This document shows positions 1 to 9,108 of a DNA stretch of 64,000 bases, one piece after another. A program made the translations under genes and the position numbers. The notes under the pieces were generated by a model. The model made no database searches, had not been told where the DNA came from, and saw nothing but the letters and a program-made list of their open reading frames with translations. Numbering within the stretch: the first letter of the stretch is position 1; every line of letters begins with the position of its first letter. The DNA is taken from positions 96,001 through 160,000 of the forward strand of contig CAWJIM010000019.1 of assembly GCA_963842945.1 (NCBI GenBank), written 5' to 3'. The stretch comes from an uncultured Gemmatimonadales bacterium (GTDB lineage: Bacteria > Gemmatimonadota > Gemmatimonadetes > Gemmatimonadales > GWC2-71-9).

Positions 1-1381
1 GCCAGCGCTCGATGAGGCTGTCGAACTCGCGCGCGGCCTCCCTCGAGTGCCCGCTCAAGAGGGCGACCATGGCCGACCGGAAACGGGCGGTGGGCGCGAA
101 TCGGCTGGTCGGATAACGGCTGGCGACCAGGCGGTAAAGGCGACGTGCCTTGCCGTCTTGCCGATCGTCCGACGCCAGATCGGCGAGCAGGAAGTACGCC
201 GACGCAGCCGCGGTGGTGTCCTTGGCATAAGAGCGGGAGACTCGGACCAAGGCGGCGCGGCCCGGCTCGAGCTGCCCGTCGCGAACCAACGCGCGGGCGC
301 CCTGGTAGGCGGCGAGTGCCGCCAGGTTACGAGGCGAGTGGACCTGCTTGAACTGGGCTGCGGCGTCGCGATTTCGCTTCAGGCGGGTGAGGGCATTGGC
401 GTAGTCGAAGCGGTCCTGCCCATTCCCCAGGCTACGACTTCCGGCGCGGGCGAATCCTGCCGCCGCCCGGGCGGAGAGTCCCGCATCGGATGCCACTCGG
501 GCGGCGAGCAACTCTTCCTTTGAAGACAGAGGAGCGAAGGCACTGTCGATCAGGGCAAGCGCCTGCCGCGCCGCGCCCGGTGAGACCCTGCCCGTTAGAA
601 GGGCAAAGGCCTCTTCCCGGATGGTGGCATGCGAGGCGCTGTCGGAGCTCACGGCCAGGCGGAGCCGCAGGCTGGTCAGCGACTCTCCGAGCACGGCGTA
701 TCGCCGGGCCGCTTCGGCCCGGTCACCGATGCGCTCGTAAGCGGCCGCCTCTGCCCAGGGCATCCGTGCCTGGGGCAGCGGGTCCTGAATCGCAGCATAG
801 AGCCGGGCCCGCGCGGTACTGTCTGAGGTTACGCTGGCCGCACGCAGTCGGAGCCAGTCGGCTATTTCCGGCAGGCGCTGGGCAGCGCGCAGGTACACGG
901 CCGCCGCGCTGTCTCGCGCCTCAGTCCGGTCGAGTGAGGTGGCAAGCAGCATGAGACGCTCGCTCGACGTGGGAGCGCGCCGCAAGGCCGCGGCGGCGTG
1001 TTCCAATGCAGTACTGTCCTCATTCCGCTCCAAAGCGGCCCGTGCCAGCAGGACCCGGGCGCGACCCTCGTACAGCGAATCGATCCAGGGCTCGCCCTGG
1101 AGCAGCTGCAGCACTTCGTTCCACCCACCCCACTCGCTTGCGGCGGTGGCGGCCAGGAATACCGCGGCTGGGCTACGACTGGAGGAATCGCGCAGGATAG
1201 GATCTAGCAGGCGGGTAGCCTGCCAGGGCCTTCCCCGGGTGAGGGCCTCTCCGGCTCGCGCCAGGGTCGAGTCGACGGCGTTGGCAACCTCGCCGGTGTC
1301 CGCCCGGAAGGCTGTTGAGCCGGGCGGTTGGGGTGTGCCAATGGCAGCCAACCAGAGCCATATATGAACGAAATGCGTCAC
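1..1381 (-). CDS. Secreted TPR/helical-repeat protein, probably the N-terminal part of a soluble lytic transglycosylase (runs off the window)
   Basis: Not in the ORF track because no stop lies in the window. Hand-translated from GTG at 1381: MTHFVHIWLWLAAIGTPQ...GRPWQATRLLDP...AYFLLADLASDD...YRLVATRYPTSRFA, open to the window edge. Signal-like N-terminus and TPR-like Ala-rich repeats. The SLT domain itself is not seen. Confidence 0.6.
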   Translation of the reverse strand, partial: MTHFVHIWLWLAAIGTPQPPGSTAFRADTGEVANAVDSTLARAGEALTRGRPWQATRLLDPILRDSSSRSPAAVFLAATAASEWGGWNEVLQLLQGEPWIDSLYEGRARVLLARAALERNEDSTALEHAAAALRRAPTSSERLMLLATSLDRTEARDSAAAVYLRAAQRLPEIADWLRLRAASVTSDSTARARLYAAIQDPLPQARMPWAEAAAYERIGDRAEAARRYAVLGESLTSLRLRLAVSSDSASHATIREEAFALLTGRVSPGAARQALALIDSAFAPLSSKEELLAARVASDAGLSARAAAGFARAGSRSLGNGQDRFDYANALTRLKRNRDAAAQFKQVHSPRNLAALAAYQGARALVRDGQLEPGRAALVRVSRSYAKDTTAAASAYFLLADLASDDRQDGKARRLYRLVASRYPTSRFAPTARFRSAMVALLSGHSREAAREFDSLIERW

Positions 1382-1512
1382 GGCATGACCGTTGATGAAG
1401 GACGTAGTCTGCTACAGCCCCGCAAATGCCGCGCCGCCGTAGACTTAGGCCCCAGGCCCCCAATCCGGGGTCGCCGCCTCGGATTCTGCCGGGGAGCCGC
1501 TACTTTGCACCT

Positions 1513-1908
1513 ATGGACGAAAGCGAGGACAAGACCAGAGTCGATAAATGGCTTTGGGCGGCACGCTTCTATAAAACGCGATCACTAGCGGCCGAAGCTG
1601 TGGCGGGAGGGAAGGTCCAGGTCAACGGGGAGCGGGTAAAACGGGCCAAGCCGCTACAGGTTGGCGACGAGATCCGAATCCGGCAGGGACCGTACGAGCA
1701 TCACGTCGTGGTTCGAGAGCTCTCAAGCCAGCGCGGCCCAGTGGCTCGCGCCCTGCAGCTCTATGAGGAAACCGCGGAGAGCCGCGCCGCGCGGGAAGCC
1801 ATGGCGCTGCAACTGAAGAGTCTTCACTCGGCGTTTGTGCCGGATCGTGGCCGTCCAACGAAAAAGGATCGCAGGGACATCAATCGACTAAAAGGCCGTG
1901 AACGGTAA
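1513..1908 (+). CDS. hslR: Ribosome-associated heat shock protein Hsp15 (S4 domain)
   Basis: RVDKWLWAARFYKTRSLAAEAVAGGKVQVNG and C-terminal GRPTKKDRR motifs; ATG at 1513. Confidence 0.93.
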   Translation: MDESEDKTRVDKWLWAARFYKTRSLAAEAVAGGKVQVNGERVKRAKPLQVGDEIRIRQGPYEHHVVVRELSSQRGPVARALQLYEETAESRAAREAMALQLKSLHSAFVPDRGRPTKKDRRDINRLKGRER

Positions 1909-1922
1909 ACAGTGAACACGTT

Positions 1923-3178
1923 TCACATGTTCTCCACCATGGCCCGGCCGAACTCGCTGGTCTTGAGCAGAGTGGCGCCCGGCATGAGCCGCTCGAAGTC
2001 GTAGGTCACCCGCTTCTGTCCAATCGTCTTCTCCAGCGACCGGATGATGAGGTCGGCCGCCTCGTGCCACCCGAGATAACGAAACATCATTTCACCCGAG
2101 AGAATTACCGAGCCGGGATTCACCTTGTCCTGGTTGGCATACTTGGGCGCGGTACCGTGGGTGGCCTCGAACACGGCGTGGCCGGTCATGTAGTTGATGT
2201 TGGCCCCAGGCGCGATGCCGATTCCACCCACCTGCGCCGCCAGGGCATCGGAGATGTAGTCGCCATTCAGGTTCATGGTGGCGATGACGCCGTACTCCTT
2301 GGGCCGGGTGAGGATCTGCTGCAGGAAGGCGTCGGCAATGACGTCCTTGATGACCAGCCCGCCCGGCAGCCGGCACCAGGGTCCGCCGTCCAGCTCGGTG
2401 GCGCCGTACTCCTCGCGCGCCAGCGCATACCCCCAATCACGAAATCCGCCTTCCGTGAACTTCATGATATTGCCCTTGTGCACCAGGGTGACGCTCTCGT
2501 ACTTCTGGGCCAGGGCATATTCGATGGCAGAGCGGATCAGTCGCTTCGAGCCTTCCTCGGAAATCGGCTTGATCCCGATGGCACTGCTCTCGGGGAAGCG
2601 GATGGATTGGACTCCCATCTCCTCCCGCAGAAACCTGATGACCTGTATGGCCTCTTCGCTCCTGGCCTTGTACTCGATTCCGGCGTAGATGTCCTCGGTG
2701 TTCTCCCGGAAGATCACCATATTGACGTCCTGGGGAGCCTTGACCGGCGAGGGAACTCCGGGGAAGTAGCGGACCGGGCGAACGCAGGCGTAGAGGTCCA
2801 GCTTCTGGCGGAGCGCCACGTTCAGCGAGCGGAAGCCGCCTCCAACCGGCGTGGTAAGCGGCCCCTTGATGGCAACGAGGTAGCGTGCGATGGCTGCCAG
2901 GGTCTCTTCGGGGAGCCAACTGCTGGTCTGGTTCTTGGCTTTTTCGCCGGCCAGCACCTCCACCCAGGCGATCCGCCGCTTCCCGCCGTAGGCTTTGGCT
3001 ACGGCACCGTCGAATACGAGCTGGGAGGCGCGCCAGATGTCCGGTCCGGTGCCGTCGCCCTCGATGAAGGGAATGATCGGGTCGGGCCGGCACCTCGAGG
3101 CGGCCATTGCGGAGCGTGATGGCCTCTCCGTCAACGGAGGCGGGAGGGCGGCTGCGTAGCGGTACGGGTGGCTGACAT
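1923..3178 (-). CDS. icd: NADP-dependent isocitrate dehydrogenase (E. coli-type); indels in the first ~35 codons
   Basis: [80 protein letters not shown] at 3178 has an upstream AAGGA. The [14 protein letters not shown] segment lies in another frame. Confidence 0.95.
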
Positions 3179-3247
3179 CGGGCGGATCCTTGTCGCCGGA
3201 ACGATCGACATTTGTTTTGGGGTTGCCGCAATCTGACTGGGTCATCG

Positions 3248-4980
3248 ATGAACAGCAATACGACGCTCCGCCCGGTTGGTGCCGCGGTAGCGGCCATCCA
3301 TTCGGCCTACGATGAGTATGCCCGCGGGCTTTGAAGAGATCACCAGCCGGGCTCGCCGCCGATTCGAGCTGCGCGACTGGGCCGGCTCCCAGGCCGACGC
3401 AACGGCCAGGCTGGAGCTCTATAAGGCCCACGTCGATGCCGCCGTCGCTGATGTCCGCGACATCCTCGACGATGCGGTAATGGAGCGAACGGTGTGGGGC
3501 GCGATGAAGCTCGAACACGCCTCTCGGGTGGGCCGCAGACCCGATGCGGAGCTGGCCGAGACGCTTCTTCAACTCCGTTACCCGCCGGGTGTTCAGCACC
3601 GTGGGAGTGGACCCAGCGATCGAGTATCTGCAGCCCGCGGCGGCGGCCAAGACGGAGACAGAACCCGAGATCTACGTCACTCACTCGGTGTTCCGGGTAG
3701 AGGCCGAATTGATTCACCGCATCCTGAGCGAGATTCCCTGGACGGTTCCCTACGCCCAGCTCGACCGGGATGCGGCACTGGTGGCAGAGCTGATCGAGTC
3801 GCGCGTTCGGCAGGAATCCTCGGACAGGGAACCCCGCCAGCTCGAGCTGCTTCGCTCGATTTTTTACCGAAACAAAGGCGCGTATCTGGTTGGCCGGATT
3901 CGCGCCGGCTCCTCCACTATCCCCCTGGTCCTCCCGCTACTGCACGCCGAGCGAGGGATCGTGGTGGATGCGGTGTTGATGAGCTCGGACGAGGCCAGCG
4001 TCGTGTTCGGATTCAGCTGGAGCTATTTCCGGGTTGAGGCGCCACGGCCCCGAGCGCTGGTGGATTTCCTGAGCACGATCATGCCGCTCAAGCAGATCCA
4101 CGAGCTGTACACGGCCATCGGGCATAACAAGCATGGGAAGACCGAGCTCTACCGCGGCCTGATGCGGCATCTGGAGGAGCCCGACGCCCGCTTTGCCTTC
4201 GTCGAGGGCGACGAAGGCATGGTCATGGCGGTGTTCACCCTGCCCTCCTGGAACGTGGTGTTCAAGATCATCAAGGACAGCTTTGGCGCACCCAAGAACA
4301 CCACTCGCCGGGCGGTCATGGCCAAGTACCATTTCGTGTTCGTGCGAGACCGGGTGGGAAGGCTGGCGGACGCCCAGGAGTTCGAGCACCTGGAGTTTCC
4401 TCGCCACTGTTTTCCCGAGGAGCTGCTGAACTATCTCCTGGAGGTAGCCGGCTCAACGGTGCGGGTGGAGGGTGACCGCGTGGTGGTGCGCCACCTGTAC
4501 ACCGAGCGGCGGGTCATTCCGCTCAATCTGTTCTTGCGCCATGCCGATGAGGGCGCAGCTCGTGAGGCGGTGATCGATTACGGCAACGCCATCAAGGATC
4601 TCGCCGCCGCGGACATTTTCACTGGGGATATGCTGGCGAAAAACTTCGGCGTGTCCCGACATGGCCGGGTGATCTGCTACGACTACGACGAGCTCTGCCT
4701 GTTGTCCGAGTGCCGCTTCCGGCGCCTGCCTCAGGCCACCTCGATGGAAGACGAGTTTGCCGCCGAGCCCTGGTTCCACGTGAATGAGCAGGATGTCTTC
4801 CCCGAGGAGTTCGGCACGTTCCTGCTACCCCCCGAAAAGCTACGAGACACCTTTCTTGATGCCCATGCCGACCTGCTTGGGATCGAGTTTTGGCTCGAGG
4901 TCCAACGGAAGCTCTCCCGGGGAGAGGTGGTCGACGTCTTTCCCTATCGGCGGGAGGCGCGGCTGCAGCGCAGGCGCTAG
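3248..4980 (+). CDS. aceK: Isocitrate dehydrogenase kinase/phosphatase; two frameshifts (~3325 and ~3560)
   Basis: [98 protein letters not shown]. Joined from ORFs 3312-4037 and 3544-4980 plus an upstream ATG at 3248. Confidence 0.93.
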
Positions 4981-4987
4981 AGGTCGG

Positions 4988-5338
4988 TCAGCGCTCGAAG
5001 TTGGTGAGCCCGGCCGCGGCCTCGAGAATTCGCCGGGTGTAGTCTCCGGCCGACTCGCGAGCCTTGCGCTCGGGAAGCACGAAGTTCGGATTGTCTGGCT
5101 CCGCCGAATCGGGCGAGTTGGTCATGGTGTCTCCACCCCGGGACTCGACCAGCGACTCGAACCGGTCGACCGCGGACCAGAGGTCGGCCAGCTCATCGTT
5201 GGACTCATCGCCGGTCAACAGTACCCCTCGGCGGGCGAGAATGTCAGCGGTATGCTCCCGGGCTCGCGCCTGCTCCTCGCCGCGATGCGGATTCAGGGCT
5301 TCATCGATCTCGCCCGATTCGGTTGTCTCCCGATCCAT
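4988..5338 (-). CDS. Hypothetical acidic protein (116 aa)
   Basis: ATG preceded by GGGGGA RBS; co-oriented 9 bp after the upstream ORF; contains AVDRFESLVESRGGDTMTN...DNPNFVLP. Confidence 0.7.
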   Translation of the reverse strand: MDRETTESGEIDEALNPHRGEEQARAREHTADILARRGVLLTGDESNDELADLWSAVDRFESLVESRGGDTMTNSPDSAEPDNPNFVLPERKARESAGDYTRRILEAAAGLTNFER

Positions 5339-5347
5339 CTCGTCCCC

Positions 5348-5650
5348 CTAAGAATGCTTGCTGCGTGACTGCCGGTTGGACGCCCGTAGGTAACGCTCGG
5401 CCAGCTGCTCCAGGCGTTCATTTCCGTCCTCCCGGGCCTCCTCGAGAATGCGTTCTACCCAGGGCAGAAGCTTCGGCTCTCCCCAGTAGTAGCCGGTGGC
5501 GGATTCAGCGCTCGCGGTGTCCCCGGCATCCGCGCCCCGGAGCAGAGCTCTGGCTGCGGCTAGATCGTAGGAGGGGTCTTCGGGCGAGGGAAGCGGATAG
5601 CGGGGCGCTTCTCCGGTACCAGCGTCTTCGTTAACGAACGCTCTGGACAT
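5348..5650 (-). CDS. Hypothetical protein (100 aa) beginning MSRAFVNED
   Basis: Compact ORF with natural composition; N-terminus resembles the MSRAFVKE start of some GreA/GreB-like proteins. Confidence 0.65.
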   Translation of the reverse strand: MSRAFVNEDAGTGEAPRYPLPSPEDPSYDLAAARALLRGADAGDTASAESATGYYWGEPKLLPWVERILEEAREDGNERLEQLAERYLRASNRQSRSKHS

Positions 5651-5688
5651 GCCGGAGTATAGCCTTTTTTGCGCCTGCCGACAGCCGG

Positions 5689-5726
5689 AAAAACACAGCC
5701 CCGGACGGTGGACCGTCCGAGGCTGT
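5689..5726 (-). terminator. Rho-independent terminator after the lipoprotein gene
   Basis: On the minus strand ACAGCCtCGGACGG-tcca-CCGTCCGgGGCTGT followed by GTTTTT. Confidence 0.75.
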
Positions 5727-5742
5727 CGAGTGTTACGGAGCT

Positions 5743-6492
5743 TCAGCTACGGCGGAAGGGCGTGCCCAGGGTGACCTTCAGGCGGGACCCGGCGGGAACG
5801 ACTACATCCCGATCCTGGGTCTGGATCGCCCGCTGAGTTCCTACTGCCGCACCGGCGACGCCGCCGATGACCGCGCCCTTGGTGCTGCCACCGCTCACCA
5901 CCGTGCCCAGGAGGGCGCCGGCACCGGCCCCGGCGCCGACCTTGGCCAGGTCACCAGCGTTGGTTTTCCGGTCCTTCAGGGTCCGGTCGAGTGCCGTGGC
6001 AGAGCCCTTGAGCGGATAGGTCTTGCCCGCAATGGACACCAGAGTCGGGGTCAGGACCAGCTTGCCGGTCTTGTCCGACTTGTTCTCGGACTCGTGAATC
6101 GCGGCGATGGTGAGATAAACCTTCGAGCCCTTGGGAATGACTACCCGGCCGCTCTTGTCCTTCACGTCGGACGAAACGGTCCCGGTCAGCTTCTGTCCCG
6201 CCTTGTGGGTCCGGGAGCTGATGCCCTTGTCGAACTTGGCCGAGATCGCCGTCCCTGACGAGAGCATCGATACTGTGCCCTTTGCAGCCGGTTTCGCCAC
6301 CGGCTTCGGCGCCGCCTTGGAGGATGCCTTCGTCGCCGGCTTGGAAGCCTGATCATTCAGGGGGGCGCTGGCATCTACCCCGGGACGTTGCAGATCGCGG
6401 TCGGACTCATCGATGAGGGAAGATTTTCCCTTGTCGCCGCCGCACCCCGCCAGAAGGGCTAGAGTGAGAAGTACCAGTCTGTTACCTGCCAT
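5743..6492 (-). CDS. Lipoprotein with Lys/Ala/Pro linker, TrbI/VirB10-like beta domain and glycine zipper
   Basis: Lipobox LLAG-C; ISSRTHKAGQ...VSSDV...VVIPKGS; GAGAGAGALLG...GAVIGGVAGAAVG; DVVVPAGS. Confidence 0.75.
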   Translation of the reverse strand: MAGNRLVLLTLALLAGCGGDKGKSSLIDESDRDLQRPGVDASAPLNDQASKPATKASSKAAPKPVAKPAAKGTVSMLSSGTAISAKFDKGISSRTHKAGQKLTGTVSSDVKDKSGRVVIPKGSKVYLTIAAIHESENKSDKTGKLVLTPTLVSIAGKTYPLKGSATALDRTLKDRKTNAGDLAKVGAGAGAGALLGTVVSGGSTKGAVIGGVAGAAVGTQRAIQTQDRDVVVPAGSRLKVTLGTPFRRS

Positions 6493-6546
6493 GTGACGCC
6501 TCCAGAACTATTGGACTGGATTGCTGATCGGGATGCAGACCGTGGG

Positions 6547-6704
6547 CTCAGGGGCAAGTCCGAGGCCAGGGGCGGCGGGGCAGCGGGGCAGCGGGGCAGC
6601 GGGGCAGCGGAGGCGCGAGGCAGCAGATCGGACCTAAAAGAGAAGCGGGACCGATCCGAAGATCCGCCCCGCTGCCCCGACTTTCCCGCCTGCCGGCCCC
6701 TGAG
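6547..6704. repeat. Gene-less inverted tandem-repeat cassette, 8-mer GGGGCAGC
   Basis: GGGGCGGC plus 4x GGGGCAGC at 6569-6608; inverse arm CCGCCCCGCTGCCCCG at 6664-6679; outer inverted pair CTCAGGGGC (6547-6555) / GCCCCTGAG (6696-6704). Confidence 0.8.
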
Positions 6705-6711
6705 GACCGGC

Positions 6712-7920
6712 CTATTGCACCGCGTTCATCATGTCGAAGATCGGCAGGTACATCGCGACCACCATACCACCCACGATAACGCCGAGGACGACGATCATCA
6801 GGGGCTCCATGAGCGAGAGCAGGGCGGAGACCGCGACGTCGACCTCTTCGTCGTAGAAGTCGGCGATCTTGGTGAGCATCTCGTCCAGGCCGCCCGTCTG
6901 CTCGCCGACGGCAATCATCGAGATCACCATGGGCGGGAACACCTTGGACTTCTCCAGCGGAGCGGCGATGGTCTCACCGCCGGCAATCGAGTGGCGGGAC
7001 TGCATGACCGCGTTGTGGATGACCATGTTGCCCGCGGTCTTGGCCGTGATCTCGAGACCATCCAGAATCGAAACGCCAGAGGAGATCAGCGTACCGAGCG
7101 TCCGGGTGAAGCGCGACACGGCGGACTTCCGGAGGATGTCGCCCAGCACCGGCGCCTTGAGCATCATGCCATCGATCTGGAGCTTGCCGCTCGAGGTGGC
7201 GTAGTAGCGGTTGACGGAGAAGAACATGCCGGCAAAGGCGGCGATGATGGCCCACCAGTACCCGAGCAGCAGCTGGGACATGCCGATCACGACCCGAGTC
7301 GGCAGCGGCAGCTCCAGGTTGACCGAGGCGAACATGCTCTGGAAGGTGGGGATCACGAAGATGAGCAGCACCGCAATGGCGATCACGGCGACGCTCATGA
7401 TGACCGCCGGATACACCATAGCGCCCTTCACCTTGCGGATGAGCGCATCGCTCTTTTCCAGGAACGTGGCCAACCGGATCAAGATGGTATCGAGAATACC
7501 GCCGGCTTCACCGGCGGCCACCATGTTGACGTAGAGGTCGGTGAAAGCCCGGGGGTGCTTGCGGAACGCGTCGGCCAGGGTGTTGCCGGCCTCGACGTCG
7601 TGGACCACCGCCCTGGTCACTTCCTGCAGGGTCTTGTTCTCGGTCTGCGATGCCAGGATGCTGAGCGATTGAACCAGTGGAAGTCCCGCGTTGATCATCG
7701 TGGCGAACTGGCGGGTGAAGATGACGATGTCGCGGGTCTTGACCTTGCCTTTGCGGAAGCTGCCCAGGGTGATCTTGGTGGGCGCCTCGCGCACGCTCAC
7801 CAGAATAAGCCGGTTCTTCCGAAGGTAGGCGCTGACCTCCTCCTTCGACTTGAGATCCACCTGGCCCTTTTGGATCTGGCCGTTCGCGGCATTCCGCGCG
7901 GTGTATTCGAACAGTGGCAT
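6712..7920 (-). CDS. pilC: Type IV pilus platform protein PilC (GspF family)
   Basis: FTRQFATMINAGLPL, AGEAGGILD, GAMVYP, GEQTGGLD, EPLMIVVLG...AMYLPIF. Confidence 0.95.
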   Translation of the reverse strand: MPLFEYTARNAANGQIQKGQVDLKSKEEVSAYLRKNRLILVSVREAPTKITLGSFRKGKVKTRDIVIFTRQFATMINAGLPLVQSLSILASQTENKTLQEVTRAVVHDVEAGNTLADAFRKHPRAFTDLYVNMVAAGEAGGILDTILIRLATFLEKSDALIRKVKGAMVYPAVIMSVAVIAIAVLLIFVIPTFQSMFASVNLELPLPTRVVIGMSQLLLGYWWAIIAAFAGMFFSVNRYYATSSGKLQIDGMMLKAPVLGDILRKSAVSRFTRTLGTLISSGVSILDGLEITAKTAGNMVIHNAVMQSRHSIAGGETIAAPLEKSKVFPPMVISMIAVGEQTGGLDEMLTKIADFYDEEVDVAVSALLSLMEPLMIVVLGVIVGGMVVAMYLPIFDMMNAVQ

Positions 7921-7962
7921 CAGTCCTCTCCGATTCAGGGGCGCGGGTAGTACACCCTGGGA

Positions 7963-9108
7963 TTACCGCCGGATACCGGCGGATTTCTGCTGCGAATGCT
8001 GCTGCGGCCGGTCCGAGCTACCCATGCTCTCGTCCTCCATGGGCGTCACCCCGATCATCCGCAGGAATTCCTTCGGGTCGCTGGAGACCCGCTCGCACTC
8101 TTCCTGAGATACTTCCCGGCTGGTGTAGAGCTGGTACAGCGCGTCATTCATGGTTTGCATGCCGAACTTCTTGCCCGACTGCATGGCGGAGTAGATCTGG
8201 TGGATCTTGTCGTCGCGAATGAGCGCCCGGATGGCGGGGGTGGCGACCATGATCTCCGCCGCCATGGAGCGTCCCCGGCCCTTGGCCTTGGGCAGCAAGG
8301 TCTGGGTGATGACGCCCTCCAGCACGAAGGCCAGCTGGGCTCTCACCTGGGACTGCTGATTCGACGGAAACACGTCGATGATCCGGTTGATCGACTCGGC
8401 GGCGGAGTTGGTGTGCAGCGTGGCCAGCACCAGGTGACCGGTTTCGGCGATGGTCAGCGCGGCGGCCACCGTCTCGAGGTCCCGCATTTCTCCCACCAGA
8501 ATCACATCGGGATCTTCCCGCAGGGCATACTTGAGCGCGTTGGCGAAGGTCTTGGTGTCGGTGCCGATTTCGCGCTGGTTGACGATGCAGGCCTGGTGAC
8601 GATGAATGAACTCGATCGGATCTTCGACGGTGATGATGTGGCCCTTCCGCTCCTTGTTGATCTTGTCGATGATGGCCGCCAGGGTCGTCGACTTTCCGGA
8701 CCCGGTGGGGCCGGTCACCAGAATCAATCCGCGGGGCCGCTCGGACAGCTTGGCGAGGACGGCCGGAAGGCCTAACTCCTGAAACGTTCGCACATTGAAG
8801 GGAATCATGCGGATTACCATGGCCACACACCCGCGCTGCTTGAACACGTTGCCACGGAACCGCGCGAGGTTCTGGATACCAAACGAGAAGTCCAGCTCGT
8901 CGTCGGTTTCGAAGCGCTTCTTCTGGTTCTCGGTGAGAACCGAGTACGCCAGCTGGAGGGTATCCTTGGGCGTCAGCACATCGGGCACGGAGCTGTCGAC
9001 GATATCGCCGTCGACCCGCAGCTTGGGCTTCTCGGCTGCAGTGATGTGAAGGTCGGAGGCATCCTTCTGGATCATTTCCTCGAGAAGGGCCCGCAGGTTC
9101 AGCGTCAT
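7963..9108 (-). CDS. pilT: Type IV pilus retraction ATPase PilT
   Basis: ASDLH, GPTGSGKST, EDPIEF, ALREDPD..GEMRD, ATLHTN, AIRALIRDDK (AIRNLIRE-like), GMQTMN. Confidence 0.95.
   Translation of the reverse strand: MTLNLRALLEEMIQKDASDLHITAAEKPKLRVDGDIVDSSVPDVLTPKDTLQLAYSVLTENQKKRFETDDELDFSFGIQNLARFRGNVFKQRGCVAMVIRMIPFNVRTFQELGLPAVLAKLSERPRGLILVTGPTGSGKSTTLAAIIDKINKERKGHIITVEDPIEFIHRHQACIVNQREIGTDTKTFANALKYALREDPDVILVGEMRDLETVAAALTIAETGHLVLATLHTNSAAESINRIIDVFPSNQQSQVRAQLAFVLEGVITQTLLPKAKGRGRSMAAEIMVATPAIRALIRDDKIHQIYSAMQSGKKFGMQTMNDALYQLYTSREVSQEECERVSSDPKEFLRMIGVTPMEDESMGSSDRPQQHSQQKSAGIRR

Noticed and set aside
1923..3650. 575-aa ORF implying a long N-terminal extension of Icd
   Set aside because: The extension is antisense to aceK and results from indels near the true start at about 3178.
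6493..7950. Long antisense ORFs (also 18907-20130, 39452-40480, 49062-50156, 55737-56894)
   Set aside because: Shadow frames of well-supported genes on the opposite strand, expected in high-GC DNA; no recognisable motifs.
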